Shown here: piece by piece, positions 12,724-26,278 of the stretch
Layout of the letters: each line of letters begins with the position of its first letter
How positions within the stretch are numbered: the first letter of the stretch is position 1
Assembly (NCBI GenBank): GCA_036172245.1
Contig: JAYWIR010000031.1
Coordinates: 1,860,001-1,924,000 of the forward strand
DNA from: Raillietiella orientalis
Taxonomy: Eukaryota
Length of the DNA stretch: 64,000 bases
Direction of reading: 5' to 3'
The notes under the pieces: model-generated
Told to the model about the DNA's origin: nothing
What the model saw: only the letters and a program-made list of their open reading frames with translations
The model's database searches: none
Program-made: the position numbers and the translations under genes

Positions 12724-13615
12724 GCCCGCGTTGGCAACCGTGTGGCTGCGGTCTGCTTGGATGGCACCAAGAGCCGTGGATTCGAATCCCGCCCGGATCG
12801 GCGGATCGACGCCGAGAACAGGGGATGGGTCATAGGTTCCAAGTCCTCCCGCAAGGTGACCCTGGTTGGCCTATTCGGATGCCGCAATGAAATGGAAGCA
12901 GCCAAATGGATGTTCCTGTTGACTGGCAGGATGGGAAGCCGACCCTTCGGGACCCTTCCGGGAATCAAAGAGTACTTCGGGGTTCCTCTCCCCTTGTGAA
13001 AATGGAGGCATTTTCCCTTCCTTGTGGTGGACCCTCCATCGAGTACCATGGAGCTGGTTGATACCCCCTCTGGGAGAGTTGCCTCTCCAGAGTGTCAAGG
13101 AGTGCGCTGCTCCCTTGGGAAGCGACCCTTCAGAGAAATAGGGAAGCGTTCCTTGGGGTTCTCTTCAGAGGAGCACCAACAAGGAGAGGCTCCCTTGCGG
13201 GTTCCCTACGGAAAGAAAATTCCAGGATCGGATCCTTTTCGGTCCCCTTTGGAGGAGAAAATGAGGAGCATCCCCTTTGGGGGAATGCACTCCGTGTTTG
13301 GAATGCACTCCACTGCTTTGTATAGAAACCTCAGCAGAGTTCCTGGAACTCTCTGGGGGGTGGAAATGGAATTCTGATACTCCTTTGGAGAGTCCCTCAG
13401 GAGAAAATAAGCAAGAGGTGACTCCCCTTGGGTTCCCTCCCAAACCTGAGAGGAACAAACTCCTCCTGTCGGAGCCCATCCTGGACTCTTAGGGTGGTCT
13501 CTACGGGGTTACTGCCTATAACTTGAAAAGTTGGCACTCACCCTCGGGTGGCGTGGACAGTGCTAAAGGGCTTCATGAGCACCTAGGCGAAGGGTTCTTC
13601 AGCACTTGGTGAATT
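12724..13615 (+). mobile_element. Long structured SINE-like element (copy B) with tRNA-like head; 3' tail missing
   Basis: B box GGATTCGAATCCC at 12778-12790 and an anticodon-like hairpin CTTGG-ATGGCA-CCAAG; the body is homologous to copies A, C and D. Confidence 0.8.
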
Positions 13616-13619
13616 TCAC

Positions 13620-14780
13620 CCTCTGTGAAGGACATCCGAAGAATCGTCTGCAGGATAACCGACTGGTGGACTGGAGGCTTCGCTCACTGAGAGCCATCTA
13701 GCACGCTGGTCTTCCGAGCGAAAATGAAGAGCAATCAGACGTTCAGCGAGCAGCACGGAGGATGCCAACGCACCAGGGGGTTTCAGGAGTGTTGGGTCTT
13801 CCGGGCAGATCGATGTCTGTAGTCCTGCGGCGTGTGACCGTGATGTGCCAAGGCACATCCCGATCCCTAGTGGCGAACGAAGAGGGGACGTTCCAGCGAC
13901 TCCGCGTCTTTGGACGACGGGTTCCAGAGCATGCAGGCAGCGAGCTCAGATCACATTGCAAGGCGCTCTGAAGAAATGGCGTCATCGGGATAGTGGTCAT
14001 CCCGTGCCGGGTGGAAAAAAGGGACAAGGGGTGACCACGGATGCTTTAGACAAGAGTGAATTCTTGGGAATCCACTGAGGAAACCCAGAGCATGAAAAAT
14101 TGGAGTGCGGGTTCAATGGTGGAGATCTCAGTCCACGCTCTCAGGTTGAACTTCTCTCTAAAAGTGGAGTGTTTTTGGCGCCGTGCCAACCTGCAGTATT
14201 TCAGTATCCAGAAAGAATCTGCGTTGTTTGAAACTCTTCCCTGCAAGTGAGGTGACCAGAGCAAACTCCGTTCACAGCGGCTGACCCCAGCTCTGATCTC
14301 AGCTCTCCTGCCTTAGAAATGGCAGGCTCCAACAAAAGACTTGAATGCCAAACTCACCGAGGAACAAGAGAGAAATTATTCAGCTGCTTGGTCTACTTGG
14401 TTTTGGAAAGGAAGGGTTCCCTTACCAAGAAGAAACGGGAACCGTCATCATGGAGTTGGTCATTCATCTTTTCGAGAATGCGCTCGAAGGCGAACATCGC
14501 CATCCAGGAAGGAAAGAATCCTCGAATGAATGAAGAGGATGGAGAGCCAGAGAGGAGGGACTTAGACAATCACCCCTTCTTTTACAGCCTCGAACTGGGA
14601 TGCACCAGTATCACTCCGTTCCCAGACCTCCTTCGTAGCGTCCTCCGCCCTCTCTTCCTCAAGTTCCCGCTTCTCATCTGAATTTCAGTAGCTACATGAA
14701 AGGGCAGAATCTCTGTTTCCCACCTGAAGGAAGCAGGGAAGAGACTGTAGACTGTCGGCCTCACTGAGAAAGGAACGCTT
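13620..14780 (-). mobile_element. Degenerate LINE reverse transcriptase fragment
   Basis: Minus-strand L*KKG*LSK and LWLSILFIHSRILS (LYKKGD...WRPISL...KIL-like) near 14520-14590, IRGHPLSLF (IRQGxPLS-like) near 14030 and YPDDAI (YADD-like) near 13985. Confidence 0.7.
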
Positions 14781-15074
14781 GGGCAAGGGTTTTCCGAGAG
14801 GAGACGGGAAACATCTGGCAAGATGAGCAGAGAGAATGCTCAAAAGCCTGGGAAGAAGAGCTCATGCAGAAGCTTCCTTTTCTGAAAACCGACGAATTTC
14901 CCCCTCCCATTGTGAGGGGGACGGGAAGTCTTTCTGGGGAGGAATGACCTAATTTCAACAGGTGCAGGCTTGGCAGAACAAATGGGGTCGCAGAGCGACT
15001 GGTGTGCAGAGCAACCGGAAGCAAGAAATTTCCTTCGAGTCTGACTCGAAAACGTGTAGCAAGAAGCTTTGGCG

Positions 15075-15158
15075 AGTGTCTGGGATGCACTCCATTGCTT
15101 GGTATAAAAACCTCGGCAGAGTTCCCGGATCTCTTTGGGAAGGGACGAGATTCTGCTA
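15075..15158 (+). repeat. Internal fragment related to SINE copy B
   Basis: GTGTCTGGGATGCACTCCATTGCTTGGTATAAAAACCTCGGCAGAGTTCCCGGATCTCT aligns with 13294-13355. Confidence 0.75.
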
Positions 15159-18100
15159 CCATCTATGAATCGATTTTGGTGTTACAGCAACGACTCAAAG
15201 ATGTAGCAGCTGTCTAGATTTGCTCAAAGCACCGAGCTGCACGTACGATGCTGCGCTGCATTCCTAATTTCCGGTTGTTGTTGTTCTTGTTCCTTGCTTT
15301 CTTTTCTCCTTTTTTTTTTTTTGCAGCTCATGCATTTGTTTTCATTCATAGAGGATGATGATTTATTCCAATAATCCCAATAAACTTTATGGCTGTTTTT
15401 GTTGTTGTCGTTCCTCTTTCTCGAAAGTGATCCTTTCAAAAAAAGCTAAACACATTTTGCAGTGGGAACACTTCCACAGGGTTTGCCCGATGGTATCCCA
15501 GAGATTCTTGAATTCGACGCTTGGCGATCTGAAGAGGAAAAATGAATGAGGAAAACACTCGAGGTGTTACCGGTGAGAAACAACGTAAACTGCCGTGAGT
15601 ACTGCCGTGCTAAACTGATTGTGGCCGAAATGTGGGCGTTTGATGAATTTCCATGTCACGAAATCCAATATGAAGTCACTTCCGTGGAGTACAAGAACGG
15701 AAACCATCGGTACAATCAGTGGGAGAGTTGATTTTTTTTTTTTCTTTTTTTAGAAAGTAAACAAACGTGCATGCATCGTCATACTCGGAACTTCGAAATC
15801 ACCGGAGGGAAAACACGTTTCCTGGAATGGTCATCTCGAGCAACTGCACCTTGGTTTCCGTCTTCTCTGTCATTCGATTCGTTTCGCCTCATAAACGGGA
15901 TAAAAAGGAAAGGAAGAAAAGAAAGAGAATCGAGGCAAGTCGCAGCTTGATGCATCCAGTTTGCTTGCTGAAGACACAATGCTCGGACCAAACCTCGAAG
16001 GAATGAAGGAATTTTGGCATTTGGTACTGCACACAAATCCAAAAACAACGGCAGCAACAACTCGGTAGGAAGAAATCCGAGAGAAACATGCAAAGTCACT
16101 GTCGATGTACGCATCCTCTATCTCTCTGATGTGCTTTTCGGGCATCCTTCCAGTTTGAGCTACACGTGTCGAGGTCCTTCCTGGAAGTCTTCCCGTGCAA
16201 TCTGGAAGAGCATGCATAGGACCTGTCCAGATTTCAGCCACCAGGAAATCAGATTAAGAGTCATTTGATGCAAGCGAACTTTTACAGAGCAGTTGAGAAC
16301 TGGCACTTCCAATCTTATAATCTTCTCTGGACTCATTTCTGATCTTATCTTATCTCAAAGAACCAATGCCGCATGCACGACACTTCAAGATGAGAGTGCG
16401 AAACGTGGATGCCTCGATCGTCTGTCTCCCTTGTGCTGAACGCAGGGCCGGAGAAGTTATTTTTTTTTACGATCAGCGCCTTCGATGGTCAAATAATGGT
16501 TCACCGAAACAGTCACCTACCAGTCACCTTTGGTGGTTCATTTTTTTCTGCTTTTGGGCTTTGCTACATGGATACACGGAGAGTCACTTGGTGTCTGTTC
16601 ACGTGTTTTGGGATGCATCTGTGGGAAGTTCCGTGGGTAGTGGCGTCGGAGAAAGCGCGTGGACGAAAGCTGGAGAGCTCTTCTGTGTATTTATCGTGCA
16701 CGTAAGACGGAGAAGACACCGAGGAACTCTTTGAATCTCCCAGGTAATCGAGGTCATCGACGGTTCTACAAAAGCATTTCCTCAAAGCGTCTGCACAGCA
16801 ACCGCAAAAAAGACAGGACAACCACGGAGCTTCGAACTGCAGCCTTTTGAATACAGAGGAAACGAGTAGCTGAGAAGCGAAGGCGTCCAATCGCAGGTGG
16901 GAGTTATCCCGGGGTCTAGCAGAGGAGCATCCTTGGCGTGAGAGTCGAATCTGAGATTTCTCCGGAACGTTTCCCTGGGGACTGCCAGCTGGACTGATGC
17001 GGCGCGAAATTTCTGCGTGTAACTGCAGCAGCAGTAAGAACAGATGTCGCGTGATGTCGACGAAGAACAGACTCGGCCAACGGGCGAGGAGGAAAAAGAG
17101 TTTCCGGAGGATGTAGGACAGGAAGACAAGCTCGAGCTCTGCCCCACCCTTTTCATCAGTGGCAAAGACTCTCAGCCTGTTTGTTGCTCGAGAGAGAGGA
17201 AGTGGGAGATGTCCACGCTCTTCAAGGCCGCATGAGCGGACGAGTCTCCTGCACACTTCGAATTTTTGCATCTTCCCGGCGTTTTCTTTTTTGAAACCCA
17301 CAAAACCATTGCGTCGCTGCGATGAACTCGTTAGAGTTCTTCTTCTAGATTCGCGTTGCAGTTGTTTCTGCTGCTGTGGTTTTTCGAGGTTTTCGGGAGC
17401 TCCACAGTCCTTCCCGGCAGTGAAGAGGGACACTCCGAAAGGGACAGAGGAAAGCAGCGTGGAGGCAACAACCCGAAAGGCATGCACACGTAGATTGCAC
17501 GCCATCAGAACTCGGCGGTTCCTACCTTCTGGAAGGTTCCGGAACGAGTGAGAACTCTCGACCCCTTGGAATGACTGCTCCTCGCTTGCCTGGGAACTTC
17601 AGGGAACACCAGCTGACCAGCTCCAATAAGTGGTGAGGGCTCTTCAGTCAGAGCAAGGATGCTTCCCGAGGAATGTGAGGCTTGCCTGATATACGACCGC
17701 ATCCCTTCGGAACGCCGCAGGGAGAGCAGTGAATGAGATCGCTTGCTTACCCGTGCCTCCAAGTTTTCTGGTGAACCGTTTCTCTGAACCGCTTGCGTCC
17801 AGCGTCTGACGTAAATCACGAACTGCGCAAGAAGCCTAATGAGAAAACGCAAGCACAGGAGTGAGGGATGTTCGTGAGGTGGCCGGAGTCCCCAGCTGAT
17901 GGGCAGACGACAAAGCGACGTGGCCATCAGACAAGATCAGAAGATCATGGGCAGCGCCATCTGAGAACACTTTGGTCGTCCTATTCCGGACATTACGGGT
18001 TGCGTTGACAGGATCTCAGAAATCGCCCAGGGTGGATTCCTTGAGACTGCTTTCTCTGGATCATGAGGGCCTGTTCATGTACACTCTGCATCGTCGAGTC

Positions 18101-20847
18101 GCGTTGTCAGATCTTGCGGGGAATCCGGAGGCCACTGTCAACAGTGTCGATGATGCGAAGGCTGCTGACCAGTCCATGTGTGACTGATGAAATTTGCACC
18201 GGCAAAGACGAGTTCCCCTGTGGTTCTGCGGAACGTTCCTCGGGAATGCTTCGCAAAATCCGTCTGGCTCCGTTCTTAGAGACGTTCCGACAAAACGGGA
18301 AAAGGACGAAGCCAACAAAAGGCGAAGGAGATCTCCAGCTGACAATCCACGCAGCAGCTGCTCGCGAAAAGGATGGGCAGACACGCAGCCTCAGCAACGC
18401 AGCTTCCTCAGATGTAACGAACTTCAGCCGCTCCTATCGAAGTGTCCGACTTTACTTCAAAGAAGATAACAAGCTTATCCCTCAAGGTTTGGCAGCACCA
18501 AGGAGCATCCTGAATCTTGAGAACCAAAGGAGCCCATTGCAGTAAATCAGCCCGATGCTGTCACACAGGGGAAAGGAGGAATTCGCGAAAGAAATCGTGC
18601 AATCTTCCGAAGATTGGTACGCCGGATTCCTGAGGGAAAACCAAATGGTTCGGGAAGTCCTTGGATGAGTTACTCTCCTTGAGAACTCGAAAATTTTCCA
18701 TAGCGTCGTCATCCACTGCTGGAACTGATTTTCAGCAACATTGCGGGAGAATCCCTCGTAGACCTTCGTATCTGCCTCGATTGAGACTAAATGATTTCTG
18801 CTGAGGGATGTTTGTCTGCCGCGTCTTTCCGGAGTAGGTCGGACATGATTCCCAAGATCCAAATACGCTGCAGCCGCAGTAAAGAGCTGCAACGTCAACT
18901 GGACTCTGAAAGAAAAGCCGAAACGCGCGCCCGACCTTTGTTAATCAGGCCACTTGTGCCATGAAACAGAATGCTCTTGCTTGAGATGGGGGGAGAAGGA
19001 AAAAATGGATGCCTCCTGTGCGATCCATGTGCGTAATCGCAAATGATCAGTCCTTCGCAGGAATTAGAGCTCAGCCTCCAGTGTACGGACACGTATTTGG
19101 TACGCGTGCGGCTTGCCTCGCGGAACGCACGGAAGGAAAATTCGGATGCTTCAGAAGATTTCCGCCCAGGTCCCACAGAAAGACACTTGAAAAAATTCCA
19201 GCCCTATGCGAAGACTGAATCTGAACTTCATCGAGATGAGGGGATTAAAGTTAGAGTCTTTCTCTTTCGTCTTCACACCATTTGGAGCACAAAGGTTGAA
19301 ATTTTGCATCCTTTTTTTTTTTTTTTTTCTTCATTTCAATACGATTGAGTTATTCATTTTCTGCGTAAACTAATAAATTACGGCTGGAAGTAGATAACAT
19401 TTAACAAAAGATGCTGTTGGACGACGACTGATCACAAAGAAGTTGCTTTGACTCCTGCCAATAAATTGTTTCATCGTGATGACCTTTGTCAGCTTCTCAG
19501 TTCGAAAGAAGGAGCCATCAAGATCGGACTCTCTGCGAGCAGCGTTGTGTGATTCCAGCATGTGGTGATCTTTCGTCACGAAAAGGCCGCTGTGCAAATG
19601 TCCGATGCTAAAGACTGAAAACTTCCAGTTCAGTAGGTCGTAGACCACCTACGCCGAGGAAAACGAGAAGAAAATGCAGTGCCCCAGAACCAGAACCAGT
19701 ACACAAAGTACGCTGTCTGGCTGCTCTACCACCTGATTGCTTTGTGAGTTTGATCAAAAGCATTTCAATGCTTCTTATGCATTCAAAAGGGTTGCGTGGA
19801 AAGATGAGATGCGCCGCATCGGAATAAAGGACGAAAGGGCAAAGTTCACAAGTGCATCTGAGGTCCTCCGTCATTGAATTATCGCGTTCTTCGCTGTCTG
19901 TCGAAAATGTAGGATGCTGAGAACTAGATTTTACACAGCTGGGTCAGAACATTCACTCCACTTCTCGAGGTACACAGATAAATTGGCGCAGCAAGTCTTC
20001 AGCGGCATCATGTAGCAGCTCAAGGCAGATCACCATCGCCTTCTGAGGTACGGCCGGTCAGGAAACGGATTTTTTCCTTCGAAGACCTCCATTACCGATT
20101 TCCTTTCCGCTCTCCAGCAGCTCTAGTGGAGCCTTAGTGGAGGAGTCCTAACACTGAACGGTTGAAAAGAGTGTGGATATTATGGATCTGGGAAATGTAT
20201 TGGAACTGGAAAGAGTGGAGGGAAGCACCACGGCGTCAGCGTTCTCTGACCACTGTTTTTTATGGGTGCTCTGTGTGGATTCTTCTGAAACTCAGTGCGA
20301 GGAGAAAACAGCCGGACGCGAGAGGATCGGCAATGTGTTTCTCTGGGTACAGTCACTGAGGAATAGGAGGAGGACACAAAAAGCAGCTTAAAGGAGTTGA
20401 GAGTAACAGAGCTGGGTCCAGGAGAGTTACCGGTTTTCTGCTGAAAGAGAGAAAGCGGCAAATAAGCCAGAAGTGGGAAACGTTGTGAGGGGCAACACTT
20501 GTATGAAAATGAATTCAGTTGATGTGGGGATGAATACTTTCCATTTCCAACACCAAGCGGATGCTGAACGTCTAAAGATAGATGAAGAAATCGTCCATGC
20601 CTCTTTTCATTTTTTCCGAAGAGGTGGAAACTCTTTGGCGAGAAATCTCCGTGCCTAGGTGGCTGCTCTAAAATTCTTGACGAAGACGATAGCATAGACC
20701 TTGACGAAGGATTCTCCAGAGTGATTCCATTGTAAAGGACGGACACGCTTGGCGACACTGCGCGAATTTCAATATGTATTTTTTACAAATTTGCGTGGCG
20801 ATTGTGGACGTGGTGGCGTGATAGCAGAAACACCACTCATCTCCGCT

Positions 20848-22230
20848 ATGGAGGGAGGAGGTGATGTGGAGACTTCACCACCAACCCCGATGGAGATGGA
20901 AGCTATCGCTTCCGAGGATGGAGGAAGTCCCAGGAATACAAGGACGTGGGGCTAAGTGGTCTTGCTTGCCACGACCGTTACCCAGAAACGGGGACTTATG
21001 TGGCCCAGAATTACTGGCCTGCCCTGTTTTACATGGTAGGCCCATTAGGTTTGGCGTCCGTTGCGCGTTCTTTCGCGGAGGGGTTACGCCACGCGAATGG
21101 CGAAAAGGGAGACCTCGAAGGACTCTCTGTGGTGAGCGGGGGTGGAAAGTCATTGAGCTGATCTGCAAAGAGGCCGCTCTCGTTTAGCAACTTCTGAACA
21201 CCTCAATAACCATCGAAGGCAAGAGCCCTAAACGGCAGAGCACTCAGTAATGGACCACTACTGAGTGGTTCGCCACGAGGTAGTCCACCTGCGAGCTTTA
21301 CGACTGCAGATGGACGAGCCTGAAGTCCTCCGTCAGCTCAAAGAATATGAGACGTTCCACGCGTACTGGGCTTGTTCCCCAGACATGAGAGACTGTTTAG
21401 CAGCTTGGCTGCAGCACACGTGACCGTAGACGAAGAAAAGCAGCTTCCCTACCGTATGGAAATGGGGGACTTTACGTTGATCTCTGGTTCCCCGGAAAAC
21501 CAAGATTATGCAGCCATTGCAATAAAACCGGACACCTGAAGAGATGTCCGGAAATTATTTGCCATGACTGCGGACTGAAGATCCTCATGAAGTTTCTGTG
21601 CCCAAAAAGACTCATCTGCGCAAAACCGGAAAAGAGGCAGCGCGAGGAAAAGAGCGGAAGCAAAGGGAGGAAGGAAAGGTGTCCACCACACCCAAATCAT
21701 CGAAACCAACTTCCAAAAGAGGGAAAGAAATGACCAATGGAGCAAGATGGCAAGTGGTAACATCAAAAAAGAACGAACCCATGGAGACAGTGATCGACGA
21801 GCCGATCGCTAGCGGCGAAGGTTGTCGCAAGGCTTCTGCCATCTCTTCGGAGAAGGTGGTGACGCCAACACCTTCGAAAATAAAGGCCGTGAGGCGTTCC
21901 GCTCGAGGGGTACCTCAGCATGGCTTCCGACTCCGACCTGGATAAGATAAGCACCGGCGGAGAAGCGGAAGCAACGGGAACCGCCTCAAAGAGCCCCAAA
22001 GCCCCGAGGAAGAATGCAGTCCTCCAGGGAAAGGATGCATCCGCTCCGGAAGCGGAGAGGATGCAAGGTGATTCCCGAGATCCTCCTCGGAAAGGATCCT
22101 CCACTACGGAAGAAGAACAAAGGTGAAGGAGGAGGAGAAGAAGAGCCCTCTCTTCTTCTCCATCCTTCTACCTCCTCCATCACTGACGACCGCCCTGCCT
22201 GAGCAGCAGGTGGGAACCGCAGAACTGACA
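20848..22230 (+). pseudogene. LINE ORF1 (RRM-like region plus CCHC zinc knuckles), frameshifted
   Basis: VVHLRALRLQMDEPEVLRQLKEY near 21280 and WFPGKPRLCSHCNKTGHLKRCPEIICHDCG at about 21485-21575, followed by a basic low-complexity tail. Confidence 0.8.
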
Positions 22231-25200
22231 TGCCCGCAGTAACACGTGCGCTTGGCTCCTGCCGGCGACTTCGTATAGCCTGTTGGAATGTCAACGGGCT
22301 CGTGAAGGCAGCAGGAGACGGGACGCAGCCACCTCCTTGCAACCGTTCGACCTGGTGCTTCCGCAACAGATCCACAAGATCTCTGTGGAAAAAATCCAGG
22401 AAACTGAAGCGATCGCGGGCGGCAAGCTGCATTGGTGTTGCGGCTCGACGCACTCGTGCGGGATCGCCTTTTTTGCTCAAACCAACCGTTGACAGCGAGG
22501 AATGAGACGTTCAGATCGACGAGTAATGTTGGGAAGCACAATTTATGCTCAAGTGGTCCGAATCGATCGACCTCGTCTTGACCAACACATGCGCACCAAA
22601 TGGCTCCAACAAGCGGGGGGCGAAGACCAGATTCTTAAAAGCCCTGAAGCGCGATCGATTGGTGGAAGCAGGTGAGCAGAGCGCCCACCCGACAGGAAGA
22701 TTTCAGCATCTTCCTGCTCTCAGGAATGGCTAGCTGGTCGCTAGCCATTCCTGAGAGCTCGTTAACCAGCTCAACCTGGTTAGCGAGTTGTGTGCAGCAA
22801 TGCACAGGTGCAACTTGTTGACTGGGGTCATCGGCATGAAAGGCAGCATCGATCACATCTTCCTCGACGACCACCTGCTCTCGCGGATCAGTTATCGTGG
22901 AAAGGAGCGAACGACGTTGTCGGACGACCGCCGAATTGAGCTGAAAGTACTCACAAGCGGGAAAGGTTCCCCTTCCAATGCGTGGAGTCTACCAAGGGAT
23001 TGACTCCATCTCCCGGAGGCTGAGGAACACTTCCGTAACTTCCTGCGAGATGTCAATGTGCAACAACTCGAAGGCTGGGACGAGACGGAGCGCTCGGTTC
23101 GAGAGTTCTGCACGAGCTTCCCTGTGGATCGCCTCCCCTCCGGGTTTGGTGAGGGAATGAGCAACGAGCGCGCGTATCTCCATGCTAGGTGTTTGCAGAA
23201 AAGGTCAGACGTTCGTCATCTGGTCGAGATGAAGGCCACCGATGAGAAACAAACCTGGCAGTCGGGGACGACCAGCTTAACGGACGACCAGGACTGAAAG
23301 CTCTCATCCCCGGAAGAAGTACGAAGCATCGAGCGACAATTTTACTCCTCCCTGTACTCGAGAGCACCACTGGACCGCAACTTCGCGCAGTTGTTGCTGT
23401 CTGAAGCATTCCCGCGATCGGAAAGTCGGGAACTCTCTTGTGCGAGCCTTTCGCGACGGGAGAGATCATCTCCGCCATCGGCAAACTCAAGATGAGGAAA
23501 GCGCCAGGGGAGTGCGGTCTGCCGAACGACTCTGACCAGTGTTTCGTGGCAGAGCTGACCCCACTGGTACATCGGATTTGCGCGCTGATTCGGGAGACAG
23601 ACGAGCGGGGTGCCCGCCTTCTTCAGATCAGCAAGAGTATGTCTCCTTCCAATAGCAGGAAACCTCCGCAACATAAGCAATTGGAGTCCGATTACCGTGA
23701 TCAACACGGACGCCAAGCTGATCTCGAAGCTATGGACTGAGCGCCTGAGGCGGTTGACGGAAAGTTCATCAGCCCGGAACTGACGTACGCTGTTCCCGGA
23801 CGAAACTGGCTCGAATTGCAATAAAGGGTTGCGCCAGTAGGCCAAAGGAATCCGGAATTCGGAGATGGTCAGGGATTAGAAGGCTACGTTAAGACGGAGG
23901 CATAAGGAGTCCTTGCGGTCGCAGTCGATTTGCAAAAGACATTCGGCTGAGTAGACCAGCAGCTCGTTTTGGAACTTCTGGAACGCATGGAATGTCCCCC
24001 TGGCCTACCTGTGCTCCTGCGGGAGCAAGGAGATGATCAACATTCTTTTCAGAGGCGGACACGTGTGCGGCACGGGATTCGGCAAGCAGACAGCCTGAGC
24101 CCTTTGCTCTCATCGTCTACTCGAAGTTGATGCTGAGAGCGTACAGGACAACTCTTGCTAACCTTCCCAGCCCGTGCCCCAGCATGCCTGCCGTGTTGGC
24201 CTAAGCCGACGATCTTCTACTCCTGTTACGCGTGTCAGCCCCGGCAGCATCGCTCGAGGAATCCCTCGAGCTGATCAGCCGGGGATGCGTATAAACAGGG
24301 GTCGGGCGTAGGTGACTGTGCTTCCTATTGGTGCATCGTGGGTAGGGCAACAGGACATTCCGTTTGGGAATCCTCGCGATCAGGTGCTTTAATTACCTGG
24401 GAGTCCCGTTGGGGGACTTCTGAGCAAAGATTGTTCGGTTTTCTCCAGAAGGTAGAATCAGGTCTCAGCCCGTTCCTGGATGGCAAGTTTCTCTTGTTGG
24501 ATCGAGCTGTTCTGTGGAACACATTCGTGGCTCCCCTCCTCCGACGCCTGCTTTTCCTTTGCTCCGCTCGGAAGTGTAAAAAAGAGGACCGAGGACCTTC
24601 TGTGGAAAGCCTTCTGGGTAACTCAGAGGTCCTGGGTTCACTTGAAAGCTTGTGCGCACCGCATCAAAACGGCAGAGAGGCTGGAACGTCAGCTCCAGCG
24701 TAGAAGATTAGCCCTAGCGACTATCCATTGATGCGTCCCAGCCAAACTCTTCGCCAAGCGAGCAGCCGGCGGCGAGGAACTCGGTACGTTCCTCGTGCAT
24801 GGCCAGCGAGAGCTGCCCCGATGAGAGTACCAACACCGGAAAATGGCTGCCTTGGTCCAGGTTGATAGGTGGATTTCGCGCAGCCACGCCAACCGCAGTG
24901 CCTGGAAACAGGGAGCTGTTCAGGCGTGGGCGAAAAGAAACAGCACGAGCCATCGCCATGCCTGCGATCCTCCAACTACGCTCGCTGCAGGAAATCATGG
25001 ACTACCCAAGGAAGGCCACCTGAGCGCAAGGCACCCCACTTGCAGCCACGCTCATCACCATCCAACGAGGTGGACGTAGCGATGGCCTCGCGAGATGAAA
25101 GTAGCCTGCGAGATCGCGGGCGAGAAGAGGCAGCTGGAATGCTGGACGGCGATTCAACTGGGTGATGCATGCACCCCCGCCGCCCACCCCAGAGGAATTC

Positions 25201-25700
25201 TCCGCTCGACGGAGCTTCTGGATATTCCCTTAGAAGAGGTACAGACTCTGCCAGTGTTTCTGGACGGCTTCACGCTTCCCCTGAAGGGACAGGACTGGGC
25301 ATCGCAGTCCTTGCACCGGGTGATCCCACGCAGCACACGAGTCCACCAGTGAACGAGGAGGAGCGTAGCCCCAGAGTGTGCCAGGTGAGGAGAACGGGAA
25401 ACGTTCCCGCACCTCTTACTGGATTGTGTCGTTGCTCTCCTGAGTGCTGGGAACGCTCCGCTGCGGTCCTTCCACTCCCTATGGATGGCGCCTCTTCTCT
25501 CGCGACTGGATGTCGCCTGCAGCTTCTCTTGTAGCTCCGTGCTGCCCTCGTGGGATCGCGGTTGCTCAAAAAGAGGCGAGTGGAGGTCATGGCAATTGTG
25601 TGCTCCTTCACGAGGAAGACGATAAGATGGCCAACAGAAGGAGGAAGTTGTCGACATCCTGCAGAGGATGCTGTGGACTCCAGGAAGAAATCTGTGGTCT
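22230..25700 (+). pseudogene. LINE ORF2 (AP endonuclease, reverse transcriptase, zf-RVT), disrupted
   Basis: LRIACWNVNGL (22270), KIQET, LTNTCAPN, GSIDHIFL, KAPGECGLP (23498), NWSPITVINTDAKLISK (23679), VAVDLQKTFG, GIRQADSLSP (24075), LA*ADD (24196-24213, YADD tyrosine replaced by TAA), NYLGVP (24391), ECAR*GERETFPHLLLDC (about 25375). Confidence 0.93.
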
Positions 25701-26278
25701 TTCCAACACAAATTTCGAACTGAACTGTTGTGTTTGTTTTTTTCTTTTGTTTTAGTTTACCCCTCCCCCCACGCCTCGTGTGCGGGCCCCACCGATGGAG
25801 CTGTTCGCGCGAAGCAGCGCCTCCGAGGCGGTTTTTCCCTTCTTCGTGATCATGTAAAGCCACTACGAAGACGGGCATTTTGTATCTTATTTGATTTGTT
25901 TTTTTGTAAATATTTTTTTTCCAAGGAACTCCACGGCGTGACCGGGTGAAAATAAAGGATCAAGGCCGAGAAATGGGGAGGTGGAGCGTCGTGGGTTTCG
26001 AGTTCCTCCCGCAAGATGACGTTGGTTGGCCCACGGGCTTCGGGTGCAGCACCGGTGGAAACCGAAAACCGGATGCCCCCGTTGAGTGGCCGGGACTGGA
26101 AGTTGACCCTTAGGGGTCCTTTCAGGAATTAAAGGAGTGGGTTCTCTTTGACTGTCCATCTACTACCATGGATGCCTCCAGAGTGGATTGATACCTCTCC
26201 AGAGTGTCAAGTGCTCTGCTCCCTTCGAGGAAGCGTCTTTTGGAGAAATTTGTAAGCGTCCCTTTAGGGTTCTCTTCA
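24691..26278. repeat. Right arm of the 1.59-kb inverted duplication (partner 426-2013)
   Basis: Direct reverse-complement comparison with 426-2013. Confidence 0.97.

Larger units (their letters stand above)
20800..25959 (+). mobile_element. Near full-length, inactivated L1/Tx1-like non-LTR retrotransposon
   Basis: ORF1 zinc knuckle, then AP endonuclease, RT and zf-RVT in order, then a T-rich 3' UTR with AATAAA near 25950; many stops and frameshifts. The 5' boundary is approximate. Confidence 0.92.

Noticed and set aside
12724..12800. tRNA genes at 12724, 62395 and 2045-2115
   Set aside because: They have A/B-box-like motifs but no complete cloverleaf, and each belongs to the same long repeat, so they are treated as SINE heads.
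16564..17505. 313-aa minus-strand ORF
   Set aside because: No recognisable domain or coherent composition; probably a chance or antisense frame.
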